NCBI GenBank assembly: GCA_000165425.1
Contig: CT868352.1
Coordinates: forward strand, 124,001 to 188,000
DNA from: Paramecium tetraurelia
Taxonomy: Eukaryota
Reading direction: 5' to 3'
DNA length: 64,000 nt
The notes below the pieces were generated by a model. It was not told where the DNA came from and ran no database searches. It saw nothing but the letters and a program-made list of their open reading frames with translations. Made by a program: the position numbers and the translations under genes. Below are positions 24,332-37,436 of the stretch, piece after piece; position 1 is the stretch's first letter, and every line of letters begins with the position of its first letter.

Positions 24332-26913
24332 ATGGATAAGTTAAATTGTTGGGAATATTGCAATCCATCAAATTTCAATGACAGACTACCCAAACCATAC
24401 AGGTATTTAATTTTTCAATCCTAAAAGTTTCATAAACAAGCTTTTGAATACCATGATTTTAAATGAAGTTTATAATAAAATATTCGAAATTGAAAAGTAT
24501 AGAGATGATCCAAATTATGAAGGACATCTAAGAACTCTTCCACCTTAGGGAATATTTGGAAATACCCCAATTAACATATATTAGTCGCGATAGTTCAGAT
24601 AATTTAGTAGCCGTTGGTGATTCCCAGGGAAATCTAATGATACTTGATTTAATCAAAAAGATTAGAATTGCAAAGAAAGAGACAAATGGTAAACGCATTT
24701 TGAAAGTGTGTTTAAGTGACAGGGAGTAGGCTACGGATGAATATAAGAATGTTTGTGCGTAAATGCATAATAATATAAAATAGGATTGGAGTAATTCACC
24801 ATAATGATGCAACTGTGTACATTTATAGATATAGAGTTAATGAGAACAGAATCTAACTTCATCATACAATTACAATGTCAAAAGATAAGAATTACATTGG
24901 GGAATATCCCGTAGACATAAATATTAGTTAATACTGCCAATATATATCAATTGCATAATATAATGGTTGTATTAAAGTCTTTAGGATTCCAGATATTAAA
25001 GTAGATAATTTATAAAGTTTGAATCAAGTTCCAAATAATAATAGCCATAATGAACCTCAAAGTCCTATGCAAAATTAATCGAAGATGTCTGGTAGACTCA
25101 GAGAATTTCAATAAATTGGAACCCAACAATAATAATAGCATATTGGGATATAGAATTCACCTCTTGATGTACAATGCACAGAACTGACTGACCTGGTGTA
25201 TTAGGTTAAATTCAGAGGAGTCAAAAAATAGTTGAATTACAATGGAATACTTGAGAAAATGAAAACTGAAAATATTAAAGAGTCATAAGTAGAGGAGAAG
25301 GTAGATCTGAAGAAGAAATCTGTAGTTCCCAATAAAAAACCAATTGAAACATCATAAGTAGTAGAAGAGATATTGTATGATGACAATTCGAATTTCATGA
25401 TAAGCGATGAAGATTACCCAGAGTAAAAATTTAAGGCTCTAGTGGAGTTTGTGAAAGAAAGACTAAATTTTTAGAGTGGAAACAAAACTTTTAATGCTTA
25501 CAAGTAATAGGATTGTGTTACTGGAATAGTAGTTGGATGGACAAACACTACTATTTTAGAAATACATAAATTTGCAAATCCCTGCAAATCTGCATTACCT
25601 GAGTATTTGAATACTTAGTAAATCTAAACTATTATTCAACAAAAAGTGAAGCAATAAATAATAGAGATCTAAATATTGTATCCCTTAAGTTCGTTAGCAA
25701 TTTCGAAAAACTCAATTAATTTAGGTGTTGGTTTAAAATAGGGGAGTGTATTAGTGTACGATCTGATTATGGAGTAGGAAAAAGGTTATTTGGACAAACA
25801 TGTATATAGTTGCACTTTTATGAAATTTTGCGAAGACAATAGATTGGTATCCGCATCATATGATGGAAGTGTGAATATCTATGATACATAAGAGTGTAAA
25901 GTATTATGCAAAAGAACTCACTAATTTAGAAAGGGAACAAGAATGAAAATTGAAGAATAGAAGTAAGGATTATGGAGAATCATTGGCATGAGTGTTAGTA
26001 ATACAGGTATGGCAGTTGCATTGGATGCGTAATAGGAAGTTAGAATTTATGATGTTTGGCATGGTGAAAAGATAGCTAAATTGTCACCTTAACAAGTGAT
26101 GGATGAGAAATCAAGACAATGGGTTTTAGAATAGCCAATTGTGGCATGTTTTAAAAATGAGATACTGGTATCTGCTTCAAACAAACTTGATTAAACAAAA
26201 TAAACCACATTGTAGATATTTAAGATTTTCGATAATCTAGTTAATTTATTTCCTGGTTTGGCTAATATCTACAGGAAGGGAGTGAGTAAGGATAAGATAA
26301 TGAATTTGTTTTAGAGAATAAATAAATTTGAATTGTAAAATACTTCTTTTGAAATCCCTAATTTATAATGTCCACCATCAAATTAATAAGTCAAAATTAC
26401 TGGGCAAGAGAATAAGGCATCTTTTTAAAGACCAGGGTATATAATTTATTAAATTTTAGATCCATTCACATTTCCAATAGAAGTAATAAATTAAATAAAT
26501 TACCACCTACTATCAATTAGAATGGAAGGTAATCAAGAGCCATATCTTTGATTAATTCGCTTTAAAAATCAAACTAATCTGAGTAATAGGTTGATTTTAA
26601 CTCATCATTTCAAAGCAATATGCCCTCTTCATTTACGAATAGGTAGCAAAAGTAAACTTCTAAACAAATTGTTCTCACTAAGGAAATACTTCATCCTGAG
26701 CAATTTCTTTTGGAGAAGGAGAAGATACAAATTCCATTTTTAGTTAAGGAGGAATTGGAGATGGTTCAAAATTGTAGAAATAGAAATTATGAGAAATTAG
26801 CAAGAATAGAGAAGGTTAGTACTATGATTCAATAAGTGGGTTAAAAGTTGGCATTGGAGGAGGAAAAGAGAAAACTCCAAAAGCGTTACCGTCAATTATC
26901 GGTTGCTAAGTGA
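24332..26913 (+). CDS. WD40 protein, WDR93-like (ciliary)
   Basis: N-terminal DRLPKPYSFINKLLN resembles the WDR93 motif LPQPY..INKL. WD repeats include LDKHVYSCTF...LVSASYDGSVNIYD. TGA at 26911-26913. Confidence 0.7.
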
Positions 26914-26960
26914 ATTAATTTGATACACCAATTAATACTATTTTTATATATTTAAAGTAA

Positions 26961-27489
26961 TCATCCAACAAAGTTAATTTGATTTTTTGGGAAGGGTGTT
27001 TTGGTACTTCTATTATATTCACTCTTGGGATCGCCATTGGTAATTGGGTTACGATACAAGTTCTCTCTGTTGGGGAGATTGGATGTTTTTAGTTGTTGCT
27101 TGTAAACTAAATCTGAGTTGTTTCCTGGTTCAGTAACCTTGATACAATGAGGTTTAAAAGCCTATTCTTTACGATTATCAGTAAACTATAGAGAGTATAA
27201 ACAATTAGGATACATCAAAAACACTAGTTGGTTGATTGCTAAATTGAGTAGTCTTAACAGTGGGTTTGTGGAGTGGAGCTGCATTTGTAATTAATGTGGT
27301 AACTTAAAATAGTGGAGTTGACAATTTTTCAGTTTATTTATTAGCGCATTTGTCTCTGGCAGCTTGGTACAAAGCAAGATCGGATTCCTTCAAAGGCTTA
27401 TCCTAGGATTTGATAGGTTTGCTGAGTTGGTATTCTGAGCGATTGGATTGTAGAGAGGTGACAGTCTTGAAGTAGCTTTGGTTTTCCAT
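26961..27489 (-). CDS. Small hypothetical protein with a YRNPIT motif
   Basis: Reads MENQSYFKTVTSLQSNRSEYQLSKP...LYRNPITNGDPK...NFVG*; one intron at about 27184-27211. Confidence 0.7.
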
Positions 27490-27637
27490 TGATTTGATCG
27501 TTAATTATTTATAATTATATTTTATTTAATTAATAAATTTACTCTTTGCGAGCGATATATAAGGGAGGGTGGGATTTCAGAATGGGCTTCTAAAATATTA
27601 GTTATTATAATCAATTAATTTAATTATTTTTAATTAT

Positions 27638-30600
27638 ATGCAACAATTAGTTCGAAAGTTCATATTAAAGAAACTTAAGTCATTTGTTCCTGATCTAAAT
27701 GAGCACCAGATATCGGTAGCACTAACTTAAGGGTATTTGCAATTGGATAATATGGATATCGCACCATTGCAGATAGATAATTTTATAATCACGGCTACTG
27801 TTTCTTGCTTTATAATGAAGTTATAATGGAGTTCGCTCCATTTGAAGACTGAGATACAGAACATCAGAGTGATGATATAGAAAGCACAGGGTTCGAAGAG
27901 ATAGGAGAAAAGTGATCAGAGTAGAAGAAGCAATGTGTCAATTCCAATTAGTATTGGGTTGGAAATAAATGATGTGGAGATTAATTTTGAGAATGTCCTG
28001 GTAGTTAAATTGATGCAATTAAAATGTGAGATAAAGAATAGACAGAATTCAATAAGTGGAGAATGGGGGGAGTTGAATTTGAAATTCAATTACAAAGAGT
28101 AGAGTTTTGCTTGGTTGGGCATTCAAAAGGTGAGATGGGATGTGAATTTAGAGAAGGAAGCAGTGTAGACATCTTTAGAGTGCGTATTCATAAAGGATAC
28201 GACAAATCAGAAGACGTAAAAATTGGTTAAGCTTTGCAAGATAGGTTTGAGTATATCTAAAAATGTATACAATAAACCGTTGGTAAGGATATCAATTGAC
28301 AAGGGAGTATGTCATTGGAATGCAAAGGTGATACACTCATTCATTTACGGTGGGATTGATTTTGCATTGCAATTTATCAAAATGCCTGAGAAACAGTAGA
28401 TAAGATAAACAGACATGGAGAATCCAGACTCTTTAGCCATATCAATAGAAGTGAAGAGTATCAAATTATATTGTCAGAACAATTATACTCCTTTGGGTAT
28501 GTTGTAGGGATTCGACATTGCAGTGTTTATAAAAGTGAGCAAATACATTGGGGATGTTGTAATTGAGGGGAGAGACTTGTGTTATTGTGAATAATCCAAT
28601 TATCCCCATTAGATGATAGTCAAGAAGGGATTTCCGATGATAAGGAGTGAGGAGTTGGTGATATTGATAAAGATCTATGATGATTATTGTCCATTGTAGA
28701 TGATCAACAACGATCTCTACAATTTTGTGGAGATCAAATTAAAGAAGGGATAGATTCATTATATGTAATAGCCATTCCTAAGATTCATGGATTGGCTGAT
28801 TGAATAATTCATATCGTTGATTATCAAGGACTACGGAGTGACTTCGATTCCTATGGATGTGATTGAGTAGAAACTGAGAGATCATAGATTCACATCGATT
28901 AAATTGAGTATAGATGATGTCTGTGCATTTTGTAAGCCCATTATTACTAGTGACGAAGGATTGAAATTGGTTTGCTCTTCTTTTGCTCTTCATACTGATA
29001 TAAGGGAATGCAATGATAGGAGTACGTAGACGATATGGGAAACTCTGTTGTGTATGGAAGTAAAGGAAATCCTGATAAGTGTGATTGGTGATAGAGGAGA
29101 GACGGTGATCTCCTAGATGATGAATTGTGAATTGACAGTCAGCAAATGTGGGTTCTCTTAGTTGTATATTCTTAAATAGATTCCATTAGATCGCACTTTC
29201 AAGATTAACATGTAACTTTCTGCTCCTAAACTTTATGTTTCCAAAAAAACGTATTTACTAATTATGCGATTGCTCTTTAATAATATACTTTATGATGATA
29301 CCCTGGATTAGATGTATCTTTATCAAATTAACAAACCTAGTAATTAATTAAATTAATGAAAGCCCCTATTCTCCTAGAACTCAGGATGGATCAGGTCAAT
29401 CTCAAATGTGAAGATGACTTGGCACTCATAGGCAGTCAACTCCTTATACGCTTTCATCGCTAGATCGATCAATCCCAAATATCCCTCAATCTTTTAGACT
29501 TTGTGGCCTATCACAAATAACATTTAATATTGTCCAAACTGGATGTTGAAGATCAGTACTTTGCAGAATACAAACAAACCAACAAGTAGACTGGATAGAA
29601 GGATATCCAAATACTCATCCCTGGAGTCAGTGGAACTCTTAACCTCAATTGGCTCTTCACCTCCATCAACTTCTTCTTGATTGACGACACAGTCCAATAG
29701 ATCCTCCCCTTTGATAACAATGTGCTCAAACCCTTAAACCTAGAACTCATCATTCAAAAGGCTGACGTACTCCTTTAACCCTTACATCCAGATACCACAT
29801 TCCAAGCCAAAGGCAATTTGCTCTTGGTCTTCATCAAAAATTAATCTCAGGACATCCATTACGCATATCATTCAGAGCCACTCTTTGATGATAACACTCC
29901 CAGCAGTTGCATGAAAATCGAATCCAGTTAACTCACATTATATGTCAATGAAAATGGCAAAGAACCAAAGGAAGTCTTTCAACCCATTTCTGTGTAATGG
30001 AAATCCTAGAATTTCCAATGCTATTGTGCTCAAACCCATCAATTCCTGAATGAGTCCAATCTCAACCTTGAGAATCTTAAGTTGTATCTAACCATCGAAC
30101 AAGGACTTAAACTAATTGATCTGATTAAGTATCTCATTTAATCAATGTGGGATGCTAATCAATTCGGAGACTAATGGAATGAACGATACTCCCTCATATC
30201 CCAGAGTCGCAAATCCTTTAACATAGATCACCTCGAACTCTGGTTGATGAGTTCTAAAAAAGACACCATCGTACCCATCCTCACTTCTTGCATATCCTCC
30301 ACTCCCCTCATCCTCCATTAATCATACCAAAAGATGTTACTCTCAGGAAATGTCAAAGTTGAAGCCTCTTATTTCAATCCCATGATAGGCATTCTTGAAC
30401 CAATTCTTGAGAAGTTTTCCTTCGATCTCATGTTCCTAAGAAACAAACTCAATCCACCCAATATGCATCTTCAAATTGAAACCAACAAGAATAGCAAGTT
30501 CTCCCAATTAAACATCGTCTTCCATTAGAATCTTATCATACTCCTGAATGATCTCTATCATGTCAATAAAAAAAAGAAGGAACGCAAGAAAAGCACCAGA

Positions 30601-33600
30601 AAATCCATTAACATCCAAGAAATCATGGAGTCACCACAAAATGAGACCATCATCCTTTTCAACATCCAAAACCAAAGTGGATATGATCTAAGCATCACCA
30701 TTGATGAACAAACACTCACTATTAAAAATGGCAATAAAACTGATATTAATGCCAAATTGAGTTAAATCGATATCTGGCGAAAATACAATCGACTCAATGT
30801 TGAATTCTACACTCTTAACAAAAAATTAATCAAACTAAACAAAGTTGAATAGAACTCACAACAGCCATTCAAAATTGACAGGCAATAGTGTTTCCTATAC
30901 TTTACATCTTACATTAGCAAATTAACCAGGATCATCAAAATCTAAGGGCAATTAACAGTCTCAAATTGCACACTCTTTGAATAATAGATCGATATCATTC
31001 ATCATAATAATGTTATTTGGAGTAAATTGCTTTAAGTGAATGAAAGAGTGGCACCTCCTGGGGAACTCATCTCTGATCAATACTTCATTAGGTTCACTTT
31101 TTACAAGAGAATCTCAGAATTCTCTGTTAGTTTGAAGGCTCTCCTGCATTCAGAATTCACCTATCTAGAAATCCCTCAGGGAGACCAATTTGTTATTCTG
31201 AGTTCAGAAGATGAATTTCAAAACACCAGACATTTGAAACTGACTGCCTGTCTTGTTATTCATAATTCTTTACCTTGTCCACTCAATATCACCATTAAGT
31301 AATATAAGTTAATAATTCTAGTGAAGAACAACAAAGTATTGCTGTGAATGACTCGTTGCAATTCTACTATTACACTTCTAAGAACTAGATCGATTACTCT
31401 GTTGAGTTATTAGAATTTCAATCTAAGGAAGTATTTAAATATTAGCCACATGATTCAAATCAATAAACTGAAATATAATTGGTTAATGAAGAAGGTAGTA
31501 TCATTAAAATTATGTAAAAGATCACATTAATTAAAGGATCTTTGTTTTTTTACTTCTATCCTAAAATATGCCTGATCAATACTACCTCAACAAATCTCAA
31601 TTATCACACTCTAGTCAAGAATCAAAGATAAGACATAGCCCTCTTCAATAACAATTACACCTTCTTATTCAATGAGGCCAACTTAATCCTGTCTTACCAC
31701 AACCACTACTCCAATGAATTCACCATCAAGGCAATAGGTGACACCAGTGCTGAAATCAAAGTCAGGAAATAGCAGCAATTTGAACTGCTTGAATTTGGCA
31801 TCAACATCAGTCTCTTAGAAACCGTTAAGCAATTGGGGCTATATAGTACAATCATTGAGATCGCTCCCAGATATGTCATCATCAATCAGACTGAAAATGT
31901 GATGCAAGTGTAACAACAGGATTCTTTTGGAAGTCCATTCAATATAGATCCCAACTCCAGATTGGCATTCAATTGGGCTGATTGTACAAAAGAGTATATT
32001 CCAATTTCATCTATGTTTTAGGAAAATGATCGCCATCAAATTCAAAAACACCAAGTGGAGTGAGGGATTGTATCTTTCAGATATGAGAACCATACATTTC
32101 AGTATGCTCCCGAAGTAAGAAGATAAGTTGAAAACATTTATGCAATGCGTGATTGTTAAAAAGAAAGCAACCTTCTTTGTAACTTTTCTAACCGAACAAG
32201 CTCCCTATAAAATAATTAACCAATGTCCCAATTGTTCAATTCGATTTTCCTAGATTGGCTCCGAATAAGAAGAGAACATAGGATACAATTAATTCATCGA
32301 ATTCTCTTGGACCTTCCCTTCTTTGAAACCTATTCTGATATTCAATGTGACTAACGATTAAGATCATTGCGAATTTCAATTCGATCTATTTAAATCCGAC
32401 TCCACCTTTTGTTAGAAGATCAGTGCTACCAAAAGCATCTACTTTAGTATATATTTTGAGAACAGTGTCAAAGTTATTAAGCTCATGGAGAAGCAGGAGC
32501 AATAATTCATTAGTGATTAAATCAATAAGCTAATCTACATTAATTTGTAAATGATCACCATCAGCATCATAATGAATGAAGTTAAACCCAAAGAACTGAA
32601 TTTGATCACTCTAAGCAATTTTGAAGTGGGCATTTAAGAAATCAATCGGATAATTTCATATCAATTTAAAGTGAAATTCATAAACATTGATAATAATTAC
32701 TCCTATGATGCTCTAAATTAAGTGTTATTGACACCTTAGCAATTTTAAAGCTACTTGGAACATTAGAATTATGCGATTGATATCAAATGGGCTGTAAATC
32801 AATAACACGCAAACATTTTGATGATTGAGTATTTCTTTGCTTATATCGCTCCATTGGAACTCAAATTAGATTAAGAATATCTCTATTAATTAATGGCACT
32901 TAAAAAAGCATTGACATTTGAGAAGCATGAGGTTAACATCTCACATTTTGCAACATCCAAATACTTATTCAGTCAGATAAAATCATACCAAACATCCTAA
33001 AATCCCTTTTATGAATGGATGATTGTTGAGATCCCTCCTCCGTCAGGGAATGTGTACATGAAATAATTGATACTCCCAGTCTTGAAAATCAGATTCTCCT
33101 TTTAAACATTGTATCAACAGAACCAGAATTTCATCTTGAATGTCATTGCTAATTCATTAGATTTTGCTGTAAAGAATATTGATAATGCTCCAATAACACT
33201 AAAAGGTGTTAAAATGGAAAACATTTTTGATACCTAATAGGGTCTTTTGACAATAATCAAAGAACATTATAAATTTGCATTATTAAAATAGTTCTTACAG
33301 ATTTTGGGCTCAATAGAGATTCTTGGAAATCCTACTTCCTTTTTGAATAGAATTTCAACTGGAGTAGTTGATTTGATAGAAAAACCAATAGAAGCCATGT
33401 CACTAGGTCCACTAGAGATGGGTTTGGGAGTGTTGGAAGGAGCATCTTCACTAATAAAAAATACTGTAGCTGGTGCCTTTTATAGTGTAAACAAAATCAC
33501 GGGGAGCATTGGGAATTAAATCAGTCTATTGTCATTTGATGAAGATTACATTTCATCAAGAAGGAAGTTTATGTAAAGAAAACCATCGCAATTATTCGAA

Positions 33601-34230
33601 GGAATCTATTTGGGAATTCATGCCTTGATAACTGGAATAGGAGATGGAGTAGTAGGATTCTTCTCACATCCTTACTAGCATGGCAAAAGAGATGGAGCTG
33701 CTGGGATATTGAAAGGATCAACCATCGGAATTGCTGGAGTTATTATCAAACCTCTGACAAGTGTTTTCGATGCAGCTTCTAAGACTGCTGAAGGTTTAAC
33801 TAATACAGCCACTTACTTTGATGATCATCCAAATACATTGAGGATGAGAGACATTCGGGCATTTTACGAGAATAGTCGATACATCAAGGCCTATAATGAA
33901 GATGATTCCTTCTTCTTAAACTACTTGAGCAGTTATAGCATAGTGTTGATTGATGTTTTTGGGTTATACGATTTGGAGATGAAAAAGGATATGCATTTAG
34001 TCATAACTCAGAACTTATTGTTTTACATGAACAAACAGAGTGGAATTAAATGGCAACAACAAGTGAATTCCATTAGAGATTATAAATTATATTAGGATGA
34101 GAATAACCCTTCCATACTCAGACTTTATCTATTTTTTGAGAAAGAATAAATACTCAAACTCAAATTTTCAAGGGTGCCCTATTAAGATTAAATAAATTAA
34201 AAACTACAAAACATGATAGAATAAAGTTGA
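27638..34230 (+). CDS. VPS13: VPS13-family bridge-like lipid transfer protein (short, about 2,170 aa)
   Basis: Chorein_N-like start MQQLVRKFILKKLKSFVPDLNEHQISVALTQGYLQLDNM. Internal YFNPMIGILEPILE and APRYVIINQT. C-terminal ILGSIEILGNPTSF...GVVDLIEKP...GIAGVIIKP. Confidence 0.9.
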
Positions 34231-34255
34231 AAAATCTTATATTATTTAATATTAA

Positions 34256-35089
34256 TCACAAGGGTTCTGTCATTCTCAGTAATCAATCTTTGGCTGTTTG
34301 TTTTGCCATTAAAGGCAATTATGCATTCCTAACAAGTTTATAAAAGTCGATATCTATTTTCTGTCGCTGGGTCTCATTATCTCTAAATTAAATAGGTTTC
34401 TGCCAATATGTTAAGTTCTCAATCGAGGATTAAATATAATATCTTTTCCTCTTAAATTTAGTACCAAAGCTATTTAATCTAATTTTGAAATTAGAATAGA
34501 GTTTGACATTTTCTATTTTATTATTTAAATATTCTAGGTATCTCTTAAGTTGTTCGATACTCCAAATCATTAATAATGACCTCTGATAGTGAATCTTAAG
34601 GTTTATTTACCAAATCAAATCAATCAAATTTTCATTAATTGCCTCAAATTCCATACAAATTAAAGAGGTTTCCCTTGATTTTCTGAGTTCTTAATATATT
34701 AAGGTAATAATACTATTGCTGATCAAAAGGGGATCGTTACCTATTCTTTTTCCTAGCGAATTCATCTTTGCATATATTCTATCAATGTGAGTAGTTCCCC
34801 AGGTTCCATTTGCTGCAATTTCCCTCCTCTAATTTTTGTGCAGTTTACAAACAGTGTCTTGGATCTGTCTACAAATAAGCTAGTCGAAGTAATTAGACCT
34901 ATTCCTGCAGATGCATTAAATCTCAAGATAAAAGCCAATAGCTAGTCTGAATCAGAAGTAAATTCAGAGTAAGCTTTTAGTGTTTAATTTTACATCTTGA
35001 GCATCACTATGAGACACTAAATATGCTTCAATGGATCTTTCACTTATCAAATCTCTTAAAAGTTTGAGCTAATTATTTCCCTTTTACAT
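34256..35089 (-). pseudogene. Xaa-Pro aminopeptidase (aminopeptidase P, M24B) pseudogene
   Basis: N-terminal fragments LKLLRDLISERSIEAYLVSHSDAQ..SEFTSDSDQLLAFI.FNASAG, INENLIDLIW and LDQIALVLNLRGKDIIFNP are followed almost directly by the terminal KD*LLRMTEPL*. Frameshifts, a TGA at 34283-34285, and no catalytic domain. Confidence 0.8.
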
Positions 35090-35094
35090 TAAAA

Positions 35095-35808
35095 ATGTAA
35101 TAAAATAAGTTATTGCAGACCATTTAACATGTTTACAATTTGAGGAATCCTCTTTTTCGAGAAAAAATAATTATGCTTTGCTTAGTGTATATTCAGGAAA
35201 ACAAATCAGAATACCCAGTCAAAGTACTACTTGAGCAGTTGCCATTTCAATTTGATGAGTTATTTTTTGATTACATCAAGAACTTGAACTCCGAGGATCC
35301 CTTCATATTATCCAAGGCATTTGACTTGTTATCTCACAAAGCCATGCAAAAGATCTTAGATAGAAATACCTACATCAAATATGAAATACAGTTGCTTAAA
35401 TATATTGCCTAACAATATAAAGTCTAATAAAATTATCATGTGGCTGTTAAGACTATCAAATATGTGTTGGAATTAGAATAGAAAATAGAACCCAGAGATT
35501 AAATAAGCATCGTGTCCAGTCGCATGAGTTTAGTGACTATTTTGTCAACTGCTGGACAACACACACAAGCTCTGAATGAATTGAATACCATACAACATTT
35601 CATCAATCAAATTCAAGATTAAAAGCCATTCCTCAAACTGATTTGCATTATGTACTATAATTACGGGGTTGAGTGGGAACATCTAGGTTAATTGTTTTAA
35701 TCTCAAATCAATCTCTCACAAGCACTTGAAATTGCCAAAACTAATAAATTTGATGAGCTCCTTCAGATTGTAGAGTAAGCCATTGCAAACATTAAGAAAT
35801 CTAAATGA
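35095..35808 (+). CDS. TPR-containing protein (237 aa)
   Basis: Open frame of 238 codons in the ciliate code. TPR-like SLVTILSTAGQHTQAL and CIMYYNYGVEWEHLG. The true start could be a downstream ATG. Confidence 0.7.
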
Positions 35809-35879
35809 TCTAACTCATTTAAATCACTGAATCAATTGTATCCTTATTATATACAACATATTTTAATAATCTTTATTAA

Positions 35880-37202
35880 TCATTCTACTTTTATATGAAT
35901 TTCATCCTTTGCAAGACTTTTTTTCTTTTGATCCACCTCCTCTTCATTCACAGTCCCAATGAATGGCATTGGCAACAAGGACCCTACAGTACAAATCAGA
36001 ATCAGAAGCCATAGATGAGTAAAGTTCTGATTCGTAATCCCCAAATAGAAAGTCAGAACAATTCCAATCTACTTCGAAATTGTGTTCCCCAAATTCATAG
36101 TCCCCGTCAATAAACTGTACACAGTGCCTTAATTCATAGATGAAATACTCTATACCTTCCAAATTCTTGGGACACATCTTGGCTCCCAAAACCAGAACTG
36201 GCAGAGTGTTGATCTCTTATAGGGTCTACATTAGAATGTTATCCCACATACAAAATTAATAGTCTGGGATGTTGTATTCGATGTTGATCCTCGTAACTAA
36301 AAGCAATGATAGGAAGGATGCAAAGAAATAAAGCATATTTGATACAGACAAGAATTGTCCAAATGGATACCTCCTGAATAAATAATAGACCGTCACAGCC
36401 ATGATGGTGCAAAAGCTGTAAGTGTATCTTAGAGTTATGAAAAATTCATCATTTAGCTTCAGTTGATTTATGTAAAAATAGAACATTGAAGTTGCAGGTG
36501 ACGGAGTAGCCATGAAAAAGAATATGAACAATAATGGCCTATAGATAACTGGGTCCAAAATGAACTTTTGTAGGTTGGCTCTTAATTGTTTCATCTTAAT
36601 CTCATCGACCATTTGTTATTCTGGAAGGAAGACTGATAAAATCGCAATCAATAATGGAAATAAAGATAACACCTAAAAATCTTATAAATCTAGCTATTAT
36701 ACTATTTCTATGGATAGGGAAATTGAATGCAATGTAGGTATAGAGATATCCTCCAACTGCTCTCATTCCAAAAAACAAAGCTACATTCCTGCTTGTATTC
36801 ACTTCGTGACTTTATTCAACAAGCACTGCCTCTGCTATCACATTGCAAAATACAATGCATAGTTGAATTAGAAATATTATAACGAATGCCGTTTTCCGAT
36901 CAACATCGCTTACTGCCATAAAAGTTTCTAGCAAAAAGCAAATAATCGCAAAAATAAACAAATAAGGTTTTCTTTTATATTTTGCAATGGGAAATATATC
37001 AGAACAAAATCCCCATATTGGTTTGATAATCCTTTGAAATATTATGGCTTTCTTACCATGGAAATGAAAGTATGAGTTTGAGGGTTTCAAAATCATGTAA
37101 GGTAAGCTAAATCTTATTTGATTGATAGAAAATATAGGATAAATCACTAATTTGAATGGCTCCTTAAAGTATTGCAATGAATGATAATATATTAAAAATC
37201 AT
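35880..37202 (-). CDS. BT1-family (folate/biopterin) MFS transporter
   Basis: Motifs FPWIIKPIWGFCSDIFPIAKYKRKPY, FCNVIAEAVLVE, FFFMATPS and AKMCPKNLEGTVYSLL; mini-introns. Confidence 0.9.
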
Positions 37203-37436
37203 TATATTTTCTTAATACCAAAATATCAGATTTCAAAAACATTAAATAAATACTACGAAAAAACCTATTTTTCTAATGTCTTTAAGAATGAAACTGGGTC
37301 TGAATAGGCTGTCAAACTAATAACAAAACTTAATCTGTATATTTTATGATCATGTTGAGAAAGTCAGATATATTATTTCTGTTATCTAATTGTATTATAA
37401 TCATATATGGAAACAATAATTTACAAAAATTTCATC

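Noticed and set aside
34321..35090. Plus-strand ORFs between VPS13 and the TPR gene
   Set aside because: Better explained as the antisense of the aminopeptidase P pseudogene.
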